This document shows positions 1-12,107 of a stretch of DNA of 64,000 nt, piece after piece. The stretch is from Balanoglossus misakiensis (lineage: Eukaryota > Animalia > Hemichordata). The notes under the pieces were generated by a model that worked only from the letters and a program-made list of their open reading frames with translations, was not told where the DNA came from and did no database searches. The DNA is taken from the NCBI GenBank assembly GCA_040954595.2, contig CM082586.2:5380509-5444508 (forward strand), given 5' to 3'. A program made the position numbers and the translations under genes. The first letter of the stretch is position 1; the number at the start of each line of letters is the position of its first letter.

Positions 1-445
1 TTTTCTCCGTCCTTCAATAAGCAAGTTCTTCTTCTCAGAGAGGTATTTTTACGCATATATGTATTTGATAGCAAACCTCCAGTTCTGTTTCTGCAAATTA
101 CGATAACAATTTCTTTAGTTACACTGTTTTCGTAGAAAATTTAATAAATTCATTGTCGAGAGAGGCTTCTGATGACACTTTTAATAAAGTTTTTTATCGA
201 GAGATTTTAAACATACAAATAGTCTGTATGGAAATTTATATTCAGAATAGAAACAGAATTTGAAAAATATTATCGGTGAACAAGTGAGTCCCTCTGACTC
301 ACACAAAAAGCACGTTAACAAAAAATATTTTAATATTTGAATTTATTGTGTTCTATTCTTTAAATGTTTTGTTTTATTATTTTGTGATCAATGTATCGCA
401 TTTCAGTGCTGCATTATAAATTACCCAAATAGAGATAATAAAGAT

Positions 446-590
<145 letters not shown>

Positions 591-710
591 ATTAGCACAT
601 ACGCCGTAAGAAAAGAAGCCCATGAAATAGATCATTTTCCGATGGCCACGAGACTGCGAGTTCTCGCGTGGCTAGTTTATGTGGGAAGATATTCTCTTCG
701 CCTACTCTAG
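591..710 (+). repeat. ~120 bp segment duplicated at 6981-7104
   Basis: attagcacatacgccgtaagaaaagaagcccatgaaatagatcattttccgatggccacgagactgcgagttctcgcgtggctag...gtgggaagatattctcttcgcctact occurs almost identically in the caspase intron at 6981-7104. Confidence 0.93.
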
Positions 711-1159
711 TCTACTCTAGTCTACTCTAGGCAAAACTCTCTCTGCAAGAAGATTTCCACTCAACGCTGATTCGACTTTAAGGTGACGGGTTGGGAACCT
801 ACGCTAATGTTCTTACAAATCTAAAAAAAATGCAGGCCTACAGATATCACTGTTCAGGAAAATAGTTCAGAATGGCCTAACACGGGACAACAAAGCTATG
901 TTCAAATTGCACGATTGTGGGGGCGCTGTACACAGTTACACTTAATGTGAACCGAGGTAGTTAAAATAACGCCGCAATTGTTTTAATGGGGTACTCGGTA
1001 ATAGTCAATAAATGTGTCTTAAGAAATTACCCATTTATGCTGCGAAATAGTATAACCATTCCCTGAACCCCGTTGCAAGCTTGCCCTGCTGCAAATCGTA
1101 TAACCATTAAATGTACTGAGTCCAGACTTTTTTTAAGGACGCCCCCATCGGATAGTCAA

Positions 1160-1172
1160 AGAAAATGAAACT
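1160..1172 (+). promoter_or_regulatory. ISRE/IRF-type element AGAAAATGAAACT
   Basis: Matches the RGAAANNGAAACT consensus; lies ~1.3 kb upstream of the IFI44-like ATG. Function is inferred only. Confidence 0.35.
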
Positions 1173-2460
1173 AGAATTTTGACAAGAGGTGGAGTAACCT
1201 GCGTCTGGGTCTTCGGAAAGAATCATCATAATTTTGGAGTTGTCAGCGTAGTTGCCGTTCTGTCCGGGAAGATACAGTTAGTCAGGAATCCGTAATAAGT
1301 AGAAGGCAGCAGGTAGGTATTAAAGATATGTATACTAGTATCATACATGTAACTTTGGAACTTCAAGTTGTCTGATTGTTGTTCAAGTAGGCTTAAATAC
1401 GTTAAAATCTGTGGTATTGTCTTTTCATTCACACCTAATCATTTTAAATAGCATGTTTAGTCGAAAAGACCAATGAAACCGCTATTATTACAGTAGATTA
1501 TATGCCCGTGCCGTTTCCGTGTAGAGCACATACACAAACTATTCAATTGGTTATCTATTAAATACAGACGACAAAACAAGATAAGAACAGCAGCAAAATC
1601 AACGTTGATCTTCCCCCTAATCCCCCACAACATAAAACTGGTTATATGTGATTGAAAAGTTCTGGTAACATCACTAAATCCATTGGACAACGTTCATTTT
1701 TCTAGTCCGATCTTATTCTGGTGTCTCTCATATAGATAACCAATTGTACGTTCCAAACACATTTTGTATGTGTACTACACTAATTTGGAAACGACAAATT
1801 GACAAGCCATTGTCCAAACGACATAAGCTAAACACAGTGTTGACACGATGCACGTCTGAACTGAGCCTTCAGACCTGATCAGCACATTCGTCATAGTTTT
1901 CAATCGTTCGGAAAAGTTACTCAGCAAATAAGCCATGTCTGTGTTAAACGACCAGAGACGCTGGTAGCGTCACAAGCAGACTAATACTTAACGGGATGAT
2001 AGGGACTGTCCGATAAAGGTTATACTTGTGACCGTTCGTTTTGTGTGCATTTTCCATTATGGTTAAAACAAAGATTTATTCTCGAGAGCAGCAGCGATCA
2101 AATGGTACCAATTCACTGCAATTTCTTATCAAAATTCCTTTGACACAATATTTATGTACGAAGTTATAGCCGTCTTGTTCAAGGGTTACTTCAAAATTGA
2201 TTTGCATTGAAACAAAGACAACTATGTCTGACCAGGCACAGTTGGGCACGAGTTTACATTACGAGTATAACCTTTGGCATTCGTGGTGGTGGTGTCCTAT
2301 TGTGGTATAGCTAATCTCCCGTGAAGGTCATTCAGGTCAGTTTAGAATGCACTTTGATTAATATAAACGGATTGACAGTATATCTCGTGCAGCGAAACGT
2401 TTAATTAAAACGTTGTTCACGAAAATGTTTTTATCTGTTGTTTTTTTAATTTATACAGAC

Positions 2461-4725
2461 ATGGACGCCAGCACATTGGGAATGGTTATGTCGGTGGTGA
2501 TTAGTGCCTTATCTTGGATTTGTTGGAATTTAATACTATACATAAAGGAAAAGGGTGCTTTGCAGTTAATGCACTATATCAAGGACAAGTGTGGTTGGTA
2601 TTTAATTGAATACATCAAGGAAAACTGTAAGTACATAAAACATCTGGAGCGTAATTCATTGCATGTGTTGTTCTCTCTACCCAGAAAAATACCTCATGGC
2701 AAACAAATATGTATAAACACAAATGCATGTACAAAAATCAACAAACAGTGAGCATAAACATGAAGTTTCCGCAATCAGCTAAATCTCTGGTCAAAAAATT
2801 AATTGTTCGTGTCGGTGGCAGATATTGCCACTTCTGCTAATATCTTGAATATTGATTTTCTACAGGGTTCAAGATTGAAGAGACATTGGTATACGTTAGC
2901 CGTGTAGGTACTGATGACTTTGAACCTGTGACAGTTCAGAAAGGCAACAGAATTATTGACCTGATTAAAATGATAAAATCTACGTTCGGGATGATCGGCA
3001 GCGAAATCCTTCTGTACGAACCTGTGGTGACGGAGGGAACCATCAGCAAACCATTGGCCATTGATGCCCCTCTCTCTCAATATAAAGGGAAAAAACTGGT
3101 ATTTTACATTAAAGAGAAACGTCCATCATACGGTAAATACTCTAGATAATGGAGTGTGTTGTACATGTACTTTCTGAGTCGTAGCATTTTGGTTTTGCAC
3201 ATTCCTATCGACACACGTGCATTTTTATATGATGATATGAGTGTAAGGATGGACGGGTCGGTGTTGTGTATTTTGTGTGAGATGGTTGGACAGATAGATA
3301 TATATGGTCCCTGTGTGACCTCCATAGAATATAGGATCACACAGTGACCATTAAGAAATTGTAAATAATTGTCTTTGAAGATCGCCCATTATTATAAAGA
3401 TCAGTTTATCATCTGTATTCACAGAGAACATCAGGCCATATGTTTGCGGACAAAATATTGCTTTTATCGGACCTCCTGGCCATGGAAAATCGTCCTTAAT
3501 TAACACCGTCATGAAGGTAACCAGTTTTTACTTTAATAATTCAGTACAGTACACTTCCATTATTTATACAGTGGTCACGTGACATGCGTTTAAGATGACC
3601 TCCGAAATCAACTATGAGCACGCACTAGACACTGCTTGTGTACGTAGACAATGATTTCGAGACTTTACTGTCGATACGCACGAAATCATATTTATCATCT
3701 CTTGTGTATTGTCGCTATAGTTGGGAAAGACGTTCGACGCCACATTTAATGTAAAGTAATTTTTACGCGCAAACTGTATCATACCAGACGAACTTGAGCA
3801 GTACTCCATGGCTAACTGGCCTCGTTTTCGCATCGTCTGCCTGGAGATATTAACGCAATGTTTTCGAACGGCGCCCTCTTTAAGAAAAAGGCGAATTGTA
3901 ATCGTTCTTTCTGTTTAAAGGCTCTTGGAAAGGAAGCATGTGCTACAACATTTCGTCGGACAGGGATTACAGGTACAGAAGCATACACGCCATATGATTT
4001 TAACATTGAGGGAGCAACCTTCAGGTTATGGGATGTGCCGGGTCGTGCCATCGAAGCGCTTCCACAGTCAGGCCTGGAGAGCGGCATTGTAAAAATTCTT
4101 GTTGGCAAAGAAAAGGAAAACGTCAAAATAGGAGACCGCACGCAATGGTATGGTGACGACTTAAGGAAGATTCATGCAATTCTTTCCGTACAAATGGGGA
4201 CAGCAGAAACCGACAAATTGCACTGCGCCCTCTTATCTGTAGCAACAAAGTCAGGTATGTCTATTAGGAGGAATACATAATACTCGTGAATTGTATTATT
4301 TTCATGCCGATTCTCGGGGTTTCAAGACCATCATAGCGTTGAAAGTTATCGAATGTCCGTGCTTACGGTTCAAGAAGTTCAGGTGGTGGTGGTGGTTCTT
4401 GATTTAGAATTCATACACTGAAAAAATGTATTTTCTTACAGGGCGCGGGATACCCATGTTCCTGATAGTGACCCACCTTGACAAAATGGATACAGGTGAA
4501 CTGAAGCAGTACAAAGAAAACATTTCAAACGAAATCGGCATCGACCTGGGCAATATCTTCCTGATTGCAAACTACGATGGCAGTGATGATGATGGTATCG
4601 CCCAATTCAAGGAAGACCCCCAAAGAGATTTATACGTGCGGGCCATTCTGACGAAAGTACTGGCGGCATCAAAGACCTACAAGGAGCAATCAACTGACGA
4701 ATCAGGCAGCTGCAACATTTTATAG
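2461..4725 (+). CDS. IFI44/IFI44L-like P-loop GTPase with N-terminal hydrophobic helix, ubiquitin-like segment and C-terminal CaaX (CNIL)
   Basis: Phase-consistent exons 2461-2626, 2866-3132, 3425-3516, 3921-4254, 4442-4725, all GT-AG. G1 NIAFIGPPGHGKSSLINT, G3 RLWDVPG, G4 LIVTHLD. The C-terminal 'IGIDLGNIFLIANY...DPQRDLYVRAILTKVLAAS' parallels IFI44 'LGFALSDISVVSNY...DPVKDVLILSALRRMLWAA' (recalled sequence). Confidence 0.85.
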
Positions 4726-5660
4726 TGATGACTTTGTGAATAGCATTATTGAAGTAACCAATCAGTTGATATGTAGGTTGCAACATTTGTGCACCTGTTG
4801 TACCCCTATGTTTTTGAAGGACGAAGCGACCAATCAAAAATAACCCTACGCGACTGCTGCATATTAGCTTGTATGTTTCTTCAAATATGTAAATGAGACC
4901 AAAATGTAACAACGGTACTAATCATTTTGGGGTGTTTTTTTCTGAACTTACGAGTATTGTGGAAAGTTATGGTTACATTTATACAAGTTACTGCTCGAAT
5001 GTACGTAGTCTATAGTTTAGCATCGTCTTTGAAGACATAACAGATGTATTTTCTCCGGCCTTCAATAAGCAAGTGCTTCTCAGAGAAGTACGTGTCACGG
5101 CGTGAGGAATATTTGCCTGCCACCAAGAGACATTTTGAATCTTCAAGATATTTTATTGTCAGAAAAGAAAGCTCTGATATCTTTTGTCAGTAATCTACGA
5201 AACGACAAAATACCATCTGTGAAATATCTGCAATGACAATTACGTTCGATAATTTTAATGACAGGGAAGAAACAGTGATGTTTGTATATTCATTCAAAGC
5301 TGCGTGTCACGAGAAGCCGCGACTCAACAGAGAGTTCCCGAACAACCGGTTCAAAGGGAACGGTATTGATCAACGACGGCGGCTACCATCAAAAATCCAC
5401 CATCATATCCCCTCAGATTCGCACTACCAACTTTCACTATCGCATTGACATGTCCAAAACTTACTTGGGCGTCGTATCCACCTTGCTTTCAGCAACTGCT
5501 TGGGTAAAAAGATGGGGTCGCATACACGTGAACTTCCAAATTTTATACGGGGAAAAACCAAATCACACGGACGCCTGCGCACTGACCGCACACGCCAGGT
5601 CAAAAACAACGCAATGCGACAAAAGAAACTATGAATATGCATTGTATTTACATATGCACG

Positions 5661-5789
5661 GTCACGTGTTTGGAAAAAGTAATAAAAAGCAAAGCACTGA
5701 TAAGTCACGTGTTTGGAAAAAGTAATAAAAAACAAAGCACTGATAAGTCACGTGTTTGGAAAAAGTAATAAAAAACAAAGTACTGATAA
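5661..5789. repeat. 3 x 43 bp tandem repeat, each unit carrying a CACGTG E-box
   Basis: Unit gtcacgtgtttggaaaaagtaataaaaa(g/a)caaagcactgataa starts at 5661, 5704 and 5747. Confidence 0.93.
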
Positions 5790-6275
5790 TAAAGTGTCAA
5801 CACAAATGTTCATAACAAATGAGAAACAATAGACAGAACTCTAACAGACAAAGTTTCAAACGTCACGTGCAATTCTTGTACAGCTGCAATCGGAGTATAA
5901 ACGCAAAAAAACACCGTTCGAGAATACTAATCCATTAAATTTATGCCATTTTCCTCATGAAGATATTAATTTTCCTCACTTCCAAATGTTTGTGCGAATA
6001 ATGACTGAAAAGGATCCAACAAAGATTCTTGCATTGTGTAACTGTGAATATAAAGCTTTGAAATGTTATAATTTTGTATCCAGTTTGATTTTTTTTTCTT
6101 CTTAAATAACTTTTGTATCATTGCTTGTATGATTTAATACTGTATCATGTAAACTTTCCACCTTTACCACTTTGTTGTACCTTCTTGCTTATGGGCTGGA
6201 GGCCTAGGAAATCAATAAACGTGCGCGCGCACGTACAATGTCAATAAAGTCCTCTCCTCGTGATTCCATGGTGGC

Positions 6276-6586
6276 TTACTGTGATTTTGGAAGGAAGTAG
6301 AGATCTTTGGTCAGTTTGGAAACTATACAAGGGATTTGTTTCTTTCCTTCTTTCGATGATTCGTATGTGTATGCAACCTGGTTACTGACTCTAGTCATCA
6401 TACTCAGTAGGTCCAAGGTTTTGCCATGTCGACTGACGACGTCGCTGATGGCCTGTATAAACCAGGACCCGTGTTTCCGGTTTCGAAATGAATAGTAACC
6501 TGAAATCAGGCAAAGATGAATCAAAAATTAAATTTCTCGATAATCGCAGGTCCTTTATTTTATTGCACAGTTATCAACGACAGGTT

Positions 6587-6678
<92 letters not shown>

Positions 6679-8288
6679 AAAGATATACCTACCCTCTACT
6701 GTTGCGAAAGCTACCATGAAATCTTGTTCCAGGAGAAAACTCTCCGAATCCATTCCAGTACCGTCTGTTTCGTCATCACTCTTGAGAACAACGCCATCGT
6801 CAAAGTCAGTACCACGACATGCCTATTGAAAACATCAATGAATTTTTATCATCAGTGAAATCAATTGTTAGAGCAGAGGTAGACTGTGCGTGGTAGTTTG
6901 CTTGTTTGTTTATTTGTTTGTTTTTATTTTAATACATAATAGCTCATTGCACAACATCACATGGTGGGAAAATATAAATTATTAGCACATACGCCGTAAG
7001 AAAAGAAGCCCATGAAATAGATCATTTTCCGATGGCCACGAGACTGCGAGTTCTCGCGTGGCTAGGCAGTTAATGTGGGAAGATATTCTCTTCGCCTACT
7101 CCAGTTTCATACAGTGCTTATATTTGTATCACATGTAATTGTCATTCACCAAGTCTCGCGAGATCTCACAATGAGCGGGAAATGATCTATTGAGAGAGAC
7201 AGCATCTTCGTATGGCTTACCTGGATGAAGAAGAGCTTTGGTTTCCCGGCCAATGAGGGGCAGTTGTTGCTGTCGAAGTAAGCAGTCAACTGATTGATGT
7301 CCACAGAATCGTCTGTGCCATACAATCTGCCTTCTTCGCCGTGACTGAGTATGATTATAACGATACAGTCGGAATTCGAGTGATCTTCCTTTGAGACTAC
7401 GGACATAAAAGATAGAGATGTGAAACAGGCTCATTCTTACAAAAGATTTGGCAATTTAAATTGATGAACGTTTTGAGCAATCGCCCCTACGGTTAGAGTA
7501 CATGTAGTTCCAATTCATTGGGTCTGAATTCAAGTTAACATACCTGTCGCGAATAAATCCTCAATTTCGCTGACTTTCAGGTTGTTCCTGCGACGCACCT
7601 CAAACCCAATGTCCTCGAAACACTTCCCGACGGCATCAGCGTCAACGCTGCTGCCGCGCCGTTCTTTGAGTTTCTTAAAGTATTCGTTATTGATGACGAT
7701 AGCCAACCCTCTTCTTGGATGCCCCATGTCGTAGGCACAGTCGTCCAATAGGGAATCCCAATTTATATTCTCGATGGAACTGTCAAAGAGGAACGAGAAC
7801 TTCATTAACCCTTTCACCACAATGGTTCAGTCCAGACCCGTGATTGGTCCGTTTACTGTTAGCGTGACATACCAATTTAACATTCAGATGCGTGGCAAAC
7901 AACACGCAGTCTCATGTCCTAGTCACTGACAACCTGAACTGGAAAATCCGACGGATTTTTCAGTCTACGGACAACATTCTTCGCCCAGCGACAAGTACAT
8001 ATCACAGTGGAACACATACACGCAGCCGCAGACGGGACGACCCCCACCCTTGACCTCAACATGATAAGATGACTCAAAGTGTGTAACGCCTGATGACTGG
8101 TGATAAGTAACCGTATGTTATCGCGGTATGCTGCAACAGGTTGCGCAAATCACGGGAGTTTATTTTTCCACACAAAGATAGACAGTGCCCTTCAGGACAC
8201 ATCAGACCACAGTCCCCAAAGAAAAACAAATAGTCACCCGAGGTCAAACGAAATCAAAACAGGAAAACATGTCATGATCCTACCTCAT
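6276..8288 (-). CDS. Effector caspase (caspase-3/7-like, short prodomain)
   Basis: Exons (minus) 8288-8284 (ATG AG|), 7779-7544, 7396-7221, 6822-6693, 6499-6276. Motifs: [17 protein letters not shown](R)GSSVDA, catalytic [16 protein letters not shown]|ACRG, linker [44 protein letters not shown]. The start exon is less certain than the catalytic exons. Confidence 0.93.
6587..6678. repeat. (ATC)n microsatellite in caspase intron
   Basis: Direct reading; source of the poly-Ile ORF. Confidence 0.97.
7805..7840 (+). mobile_element. Truncated copy (one end) of TTAA-flanked MITE family
   Basis: ttaaccctttcaccacaatggttcagtccagaccc matches the end of the copies at 49646 and 58700. Confidence 0.65.
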
Positions 8289-10219
8289 GGTAAATTCCCC
8301 TTGTTGCACCTGTTGCTGTGAATATCGAAGTGGATTTCTTGACTTGCTGTATGATTTTTAATGTCGAAGGTAGGCTTAAACCTCTCTGTTTGTTGGCTTT
8401 TCGCTTCTGAAACTCTGTCGCTCTTTCCCTTAGCTGTATAGCCTGGTTTTCGGAATCTCGAGTTTACAGAATTCCTAAAAATAGAATCACACATGCAATA
8501 AAACCCACTGTTCAACAATCATCATCGCCCAAAATTCTAGTCAGATCGTAAATATTCTGTAGTAGAACAATGGGCCGTAACTGTAGGACTGTTATCACTA
8601 AAGTAATAAAACCGTGGTATCTTGTAAATTCATAACTTATTTTATACAATTATTAAATATATGCATTCGGGACGTTCCGTAATGTGTGAGAAAAAGTACC
8701 ATTCAACAAGATGTGGACAAATAATATGTCATTACCACAAACTTGATGAAGCCGCGGTATCTGATAAATTATCACGTACATTACATATTTGGGGATTTCC
8801 AAAATCATGTTTGAGAAAATACTATTTATCTAGAAGTATCACAAATCTGAAGTTTCCCGTTTCAAGTTGCTGGTAAAATGAAAACTGGTTTTCCAAGTGT
8901 TCGTGAGAATCAGTTGTGTGTCAAAACTCAGAGGAGCTTGTCGGGCTTGTTTTCAACATTATATATTGACCTTTTTATCGTACGTGTGTTTTGGTGACGT
9001 GGGTGAATGAATAACAAAAGGCATCGTGTATATTCAAAAACAAAACGAAAGCAGGCGGGTACAGCGAGTTATTCGCTGTGACACCAAAGTGAAAGTAGAC
9101 ACACAAAAAGTTTGAACAAATACATCGAAGTTAATATCCACGGCGGCGGCACTGGTCGTCTGGCGGTGCGTTACTGTGCCGCAGGGGTCGTAGGTCGGAG
9201 TGAGCTGGCACTGGACGGTAGGTAAAGCTGTACGCAGCTGTATATTTACGGTTGATTCAGGCGGAAATGACATTAGCCAGGTATGCTTGTCGACCTAGAA
9301 ATGCACTGAATGCCAGGTCTACGCGGGTTCAACATTTCATCAACAAACCCTAATAGGCAAGGCACTGAACGTGTACACTGGACCCTCGCCACCATGGCCA
9401 AAACTATGAACTGGGACTAGTATACCTTAAGGTATATTCATCTCAGCTATGGAGTATCAGAACGGTCTCGTAACATTAGTGGAATATCGCACGTAGGCAG
9501 GCAGGCAGACAGGAAAACCAACAGAGTCTCGCACACCACAGAGCAGGTCGCCGCAAATCTTGTAATCCACTGTCTTAGTCTTACACCGAAGTTACATGCA
9601 CGCTAGCTTACAACTGAAATATTTATAGAAAACAATTTTAAAAATTGTATGCCTGCTCACCTGACCACAGTCTGGTCTTCCTATCCAACAGACTCTTCGC
9701 TGTGCCTATAAGCCAAGAACTCGTGTGGTCCTGTGCAGTATCAGTCAGTAATCTGAAGCCGAAATGTATATGCAGTTCACCTTATGGTGTCAATAATAGA
9801 ACTGGTTCTGGTGGAATTCACGTGTCCTCTCCGACTTTATAGCCCCCCATATACCTGTCAGAATGTTTACGCGGATAATTCAAACATTTCGGTTACATAC
9901 CTCATCTCTCCATTTAGTCTGAATGACGACAAGGGAGCGAACGTTGGATAGTACCTTATTTACGAAAATACTCCTCAACAAAATTGTGGACGTCATCAAT
10001 GAAGATAAGATTTGACCTTTAAACTTTCAAAGAACATAAATTATGACTGGTTGTTTCATTTTGCGCTTTTATTTTACATTTTTGTCAAGTTGCCATCCTA
10101 TAATTTCATAAACACACTGGGTATACGCACCATGCAGCCTTGCAGGGGTTAGAGCTGTAATTTTCTGACTGCATTTTAGTGAACCAATTTCTAAACTGTT
10201 TACACACACCCAAAACTTA

Positions 10220-10300
10220 CCTCTGAGCCAACGCGAACCCACGTAGCTACCTGAAACCAATATTGCCACCTGCCTTCATAGGCCACACGTGTGACGTCAC
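10220..10300 (-). promoter_or_regulatory. Putative promoter and non-coding first exon on the minus strand, upstream of the caspase
   Basis: Adjacent CRE palindrome GTGACGTCAC (10291-10300) and E-box CACGTG, followed on the minus strand by a strong donor GAG|GTAAGT at ~10220. Confidence 0.45.
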
Positions 10301-11040
10301 CCTAAAATTTGGGGGCCAAACACCGGTCACAGTGACAGAGTCCAAACGGCAGCGCCATTATAGGGTTTGACACCCCCCCCCCCCCGTGCAGGCAACGAAT
10401 GAGGTCTCTGCCAAGGTCAGCCACATGTGTTTTCTGAAGTCCATATATACACAAGACATACTGGGTATACCACCACTCAACCTTGCAGATTTGTTAATGA
10501 TTCCTGGATGTTTTGACATAACTACTAAGTGTGATCAAACAGACGATGATGTGGGGGCTTGTCGAATATAAAAAACTGTACAGTAGCCTGTTTATGGAAA
10601 CATATTTAACCTTGGCAGTAAAACATTGTATGCAATTGTCCTTCAACGATTATTAATTTTAAAAAAATATTTTTCTTTATGATAAGATAATAGCAGCCTT
10701 GAAAAATTGCCAAATTTCACGCAAAACATTTCGTAAGCACTGACAGAAAATAACATGTCATAGCTTCACGTACATTAATTATCCTACTAATAACATTGAC
10801 ACGAAGGTCACGACATGCTGAGTTGTTATTGTAGTGATAAAAAGTAGTTTCTGTTCCCGTTCAGGTTGAAAACAATCATAAAAGTTATATGTAAGGCGTA
10901 TGAAATCATTTATTCACTCACTTGCCTTCCCTATGGAAATTGCCTCAAAAATATTGACATTTTTCCAGTAATTTTTTGATCCATGAAACGTGCCCCGCTT
11001 TTTACAGTTGTTAAATGCACACCCACCGGTAACTGTACAC

Positions 11041-11152
11041 GGAATTTTTCTTTGTTCCAAAATTAAACTGAACCGTGTTTACGCAAGTGTAGTTTAACAG
11101 GGAATTCTAGAATTACTTTTCTTAGTTCCAAAATTAGACCGAACCGTGGTTT
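11041..11152. repeat. Imperfect direct duplication (~40 bp, spacing ~70 bp)
   Basis: tttttctttgttccaaaattaaactgaaccgtgttt vs tttttcttagttccaaaattagaccgaaccgtggttt. Confidence 0.7.
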
Positions 11153-12094
11153 TCTCAATACACGAAGGCCACAAAACAAAGCCAACGATATCTGGTGTCA
11201 AAGTATTAAATTCCGTGACCCCAGATAATTCATTCAGAACCAATGACCAGTGGCCAAACTGTACAACGAAAGTATATAAGCATTACAGGTGTTTACCGCT
11301 AGCATAGAACAAGAACACCGGGCATATCACATTTCTGTGAAACACATAAACAAAGACATACGGAACTGTGTCACTGTGCTCAGTATCCAGCTATTCGTAT
11401 CTACATTTCGTTGCATATATAATGTAACATTAACTGGCTCAGAATATGAATAGTACACATAGATGCAGGGCTGTAGTATAGTAATACGGAGGCCTTCAAG
11501 GGCAGTGTGTTTATCCTTTAATCTTGTTTTCGGGCTATTTCAATTTTGGTGTACAGCTATTTTAGTACTTGCATTGCAAATAATAAAATTAATATACATG
11601 TATAATTTCTCAGTAAAATCCCAATTTGGAGAGCAGAAAACTGGTATGTGTTATTTAATGTTTCTCCGCGGTCATTTACAAATCTTCTAAATGAAAGAGG
11701 TGATACAGAGCCCAATCTAATTGCACAGGTTAAATGACACTTAGTTCCCTGTGTGTTTGTTGGGACGCTGGAAGGGGCAACATATTTGAAACTTGAGTCG
11801 GTTTGCGTCGAGGAGGTGTGTCACGTTTTCTTAGTAACGTGCAAAACAATAACTTCAGTTTACGCCACCGGGCAGGTACCGACCCACGCTGTTACAGTCT
11901 GGCTGTTGAAGGCCACTTCTGTTCAGAGGTAAGTTCGACATAAAGAAAAATGTCGTTTGGTTTTCTATAGAGAACTACTCGCATTGTCTTTTCAATGTCA
12001 CCGACTTCGTTACTGACGTGATTTGCCCTGGTCGAGTGCGCCCTCTTTAGTAGGGACACGGTGGCCTGCTTCACGATTTCATTGGTATTACGCG

Positions 12095-12107
12095 GTTGCT
12101 AGGCGAC
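12095..12107. promoter_or_regulatory. RFX X-box-like motif GTTGCTAGGCGAC next to an ATTGG (CCAAT) box
   Basis: Resembles the X-box consensus GTNRC(N0-3)RGYAAC in a locally CpG-richer patch; target transcript unknown. Confidence 0.4.

Noticed and set aside
1226-1690. Minus-strand ORFs as exons of a hidden gene
   Set aside because: No recognisable motif and no phase-consistent splicing to neighbouring candidates.
5661-5789. CRISPR-like appearance of the 43-bp repeats
   Set aside because: Head-to-tail repeats with no unique spacers, no cas genes, and a eukaryotic context.
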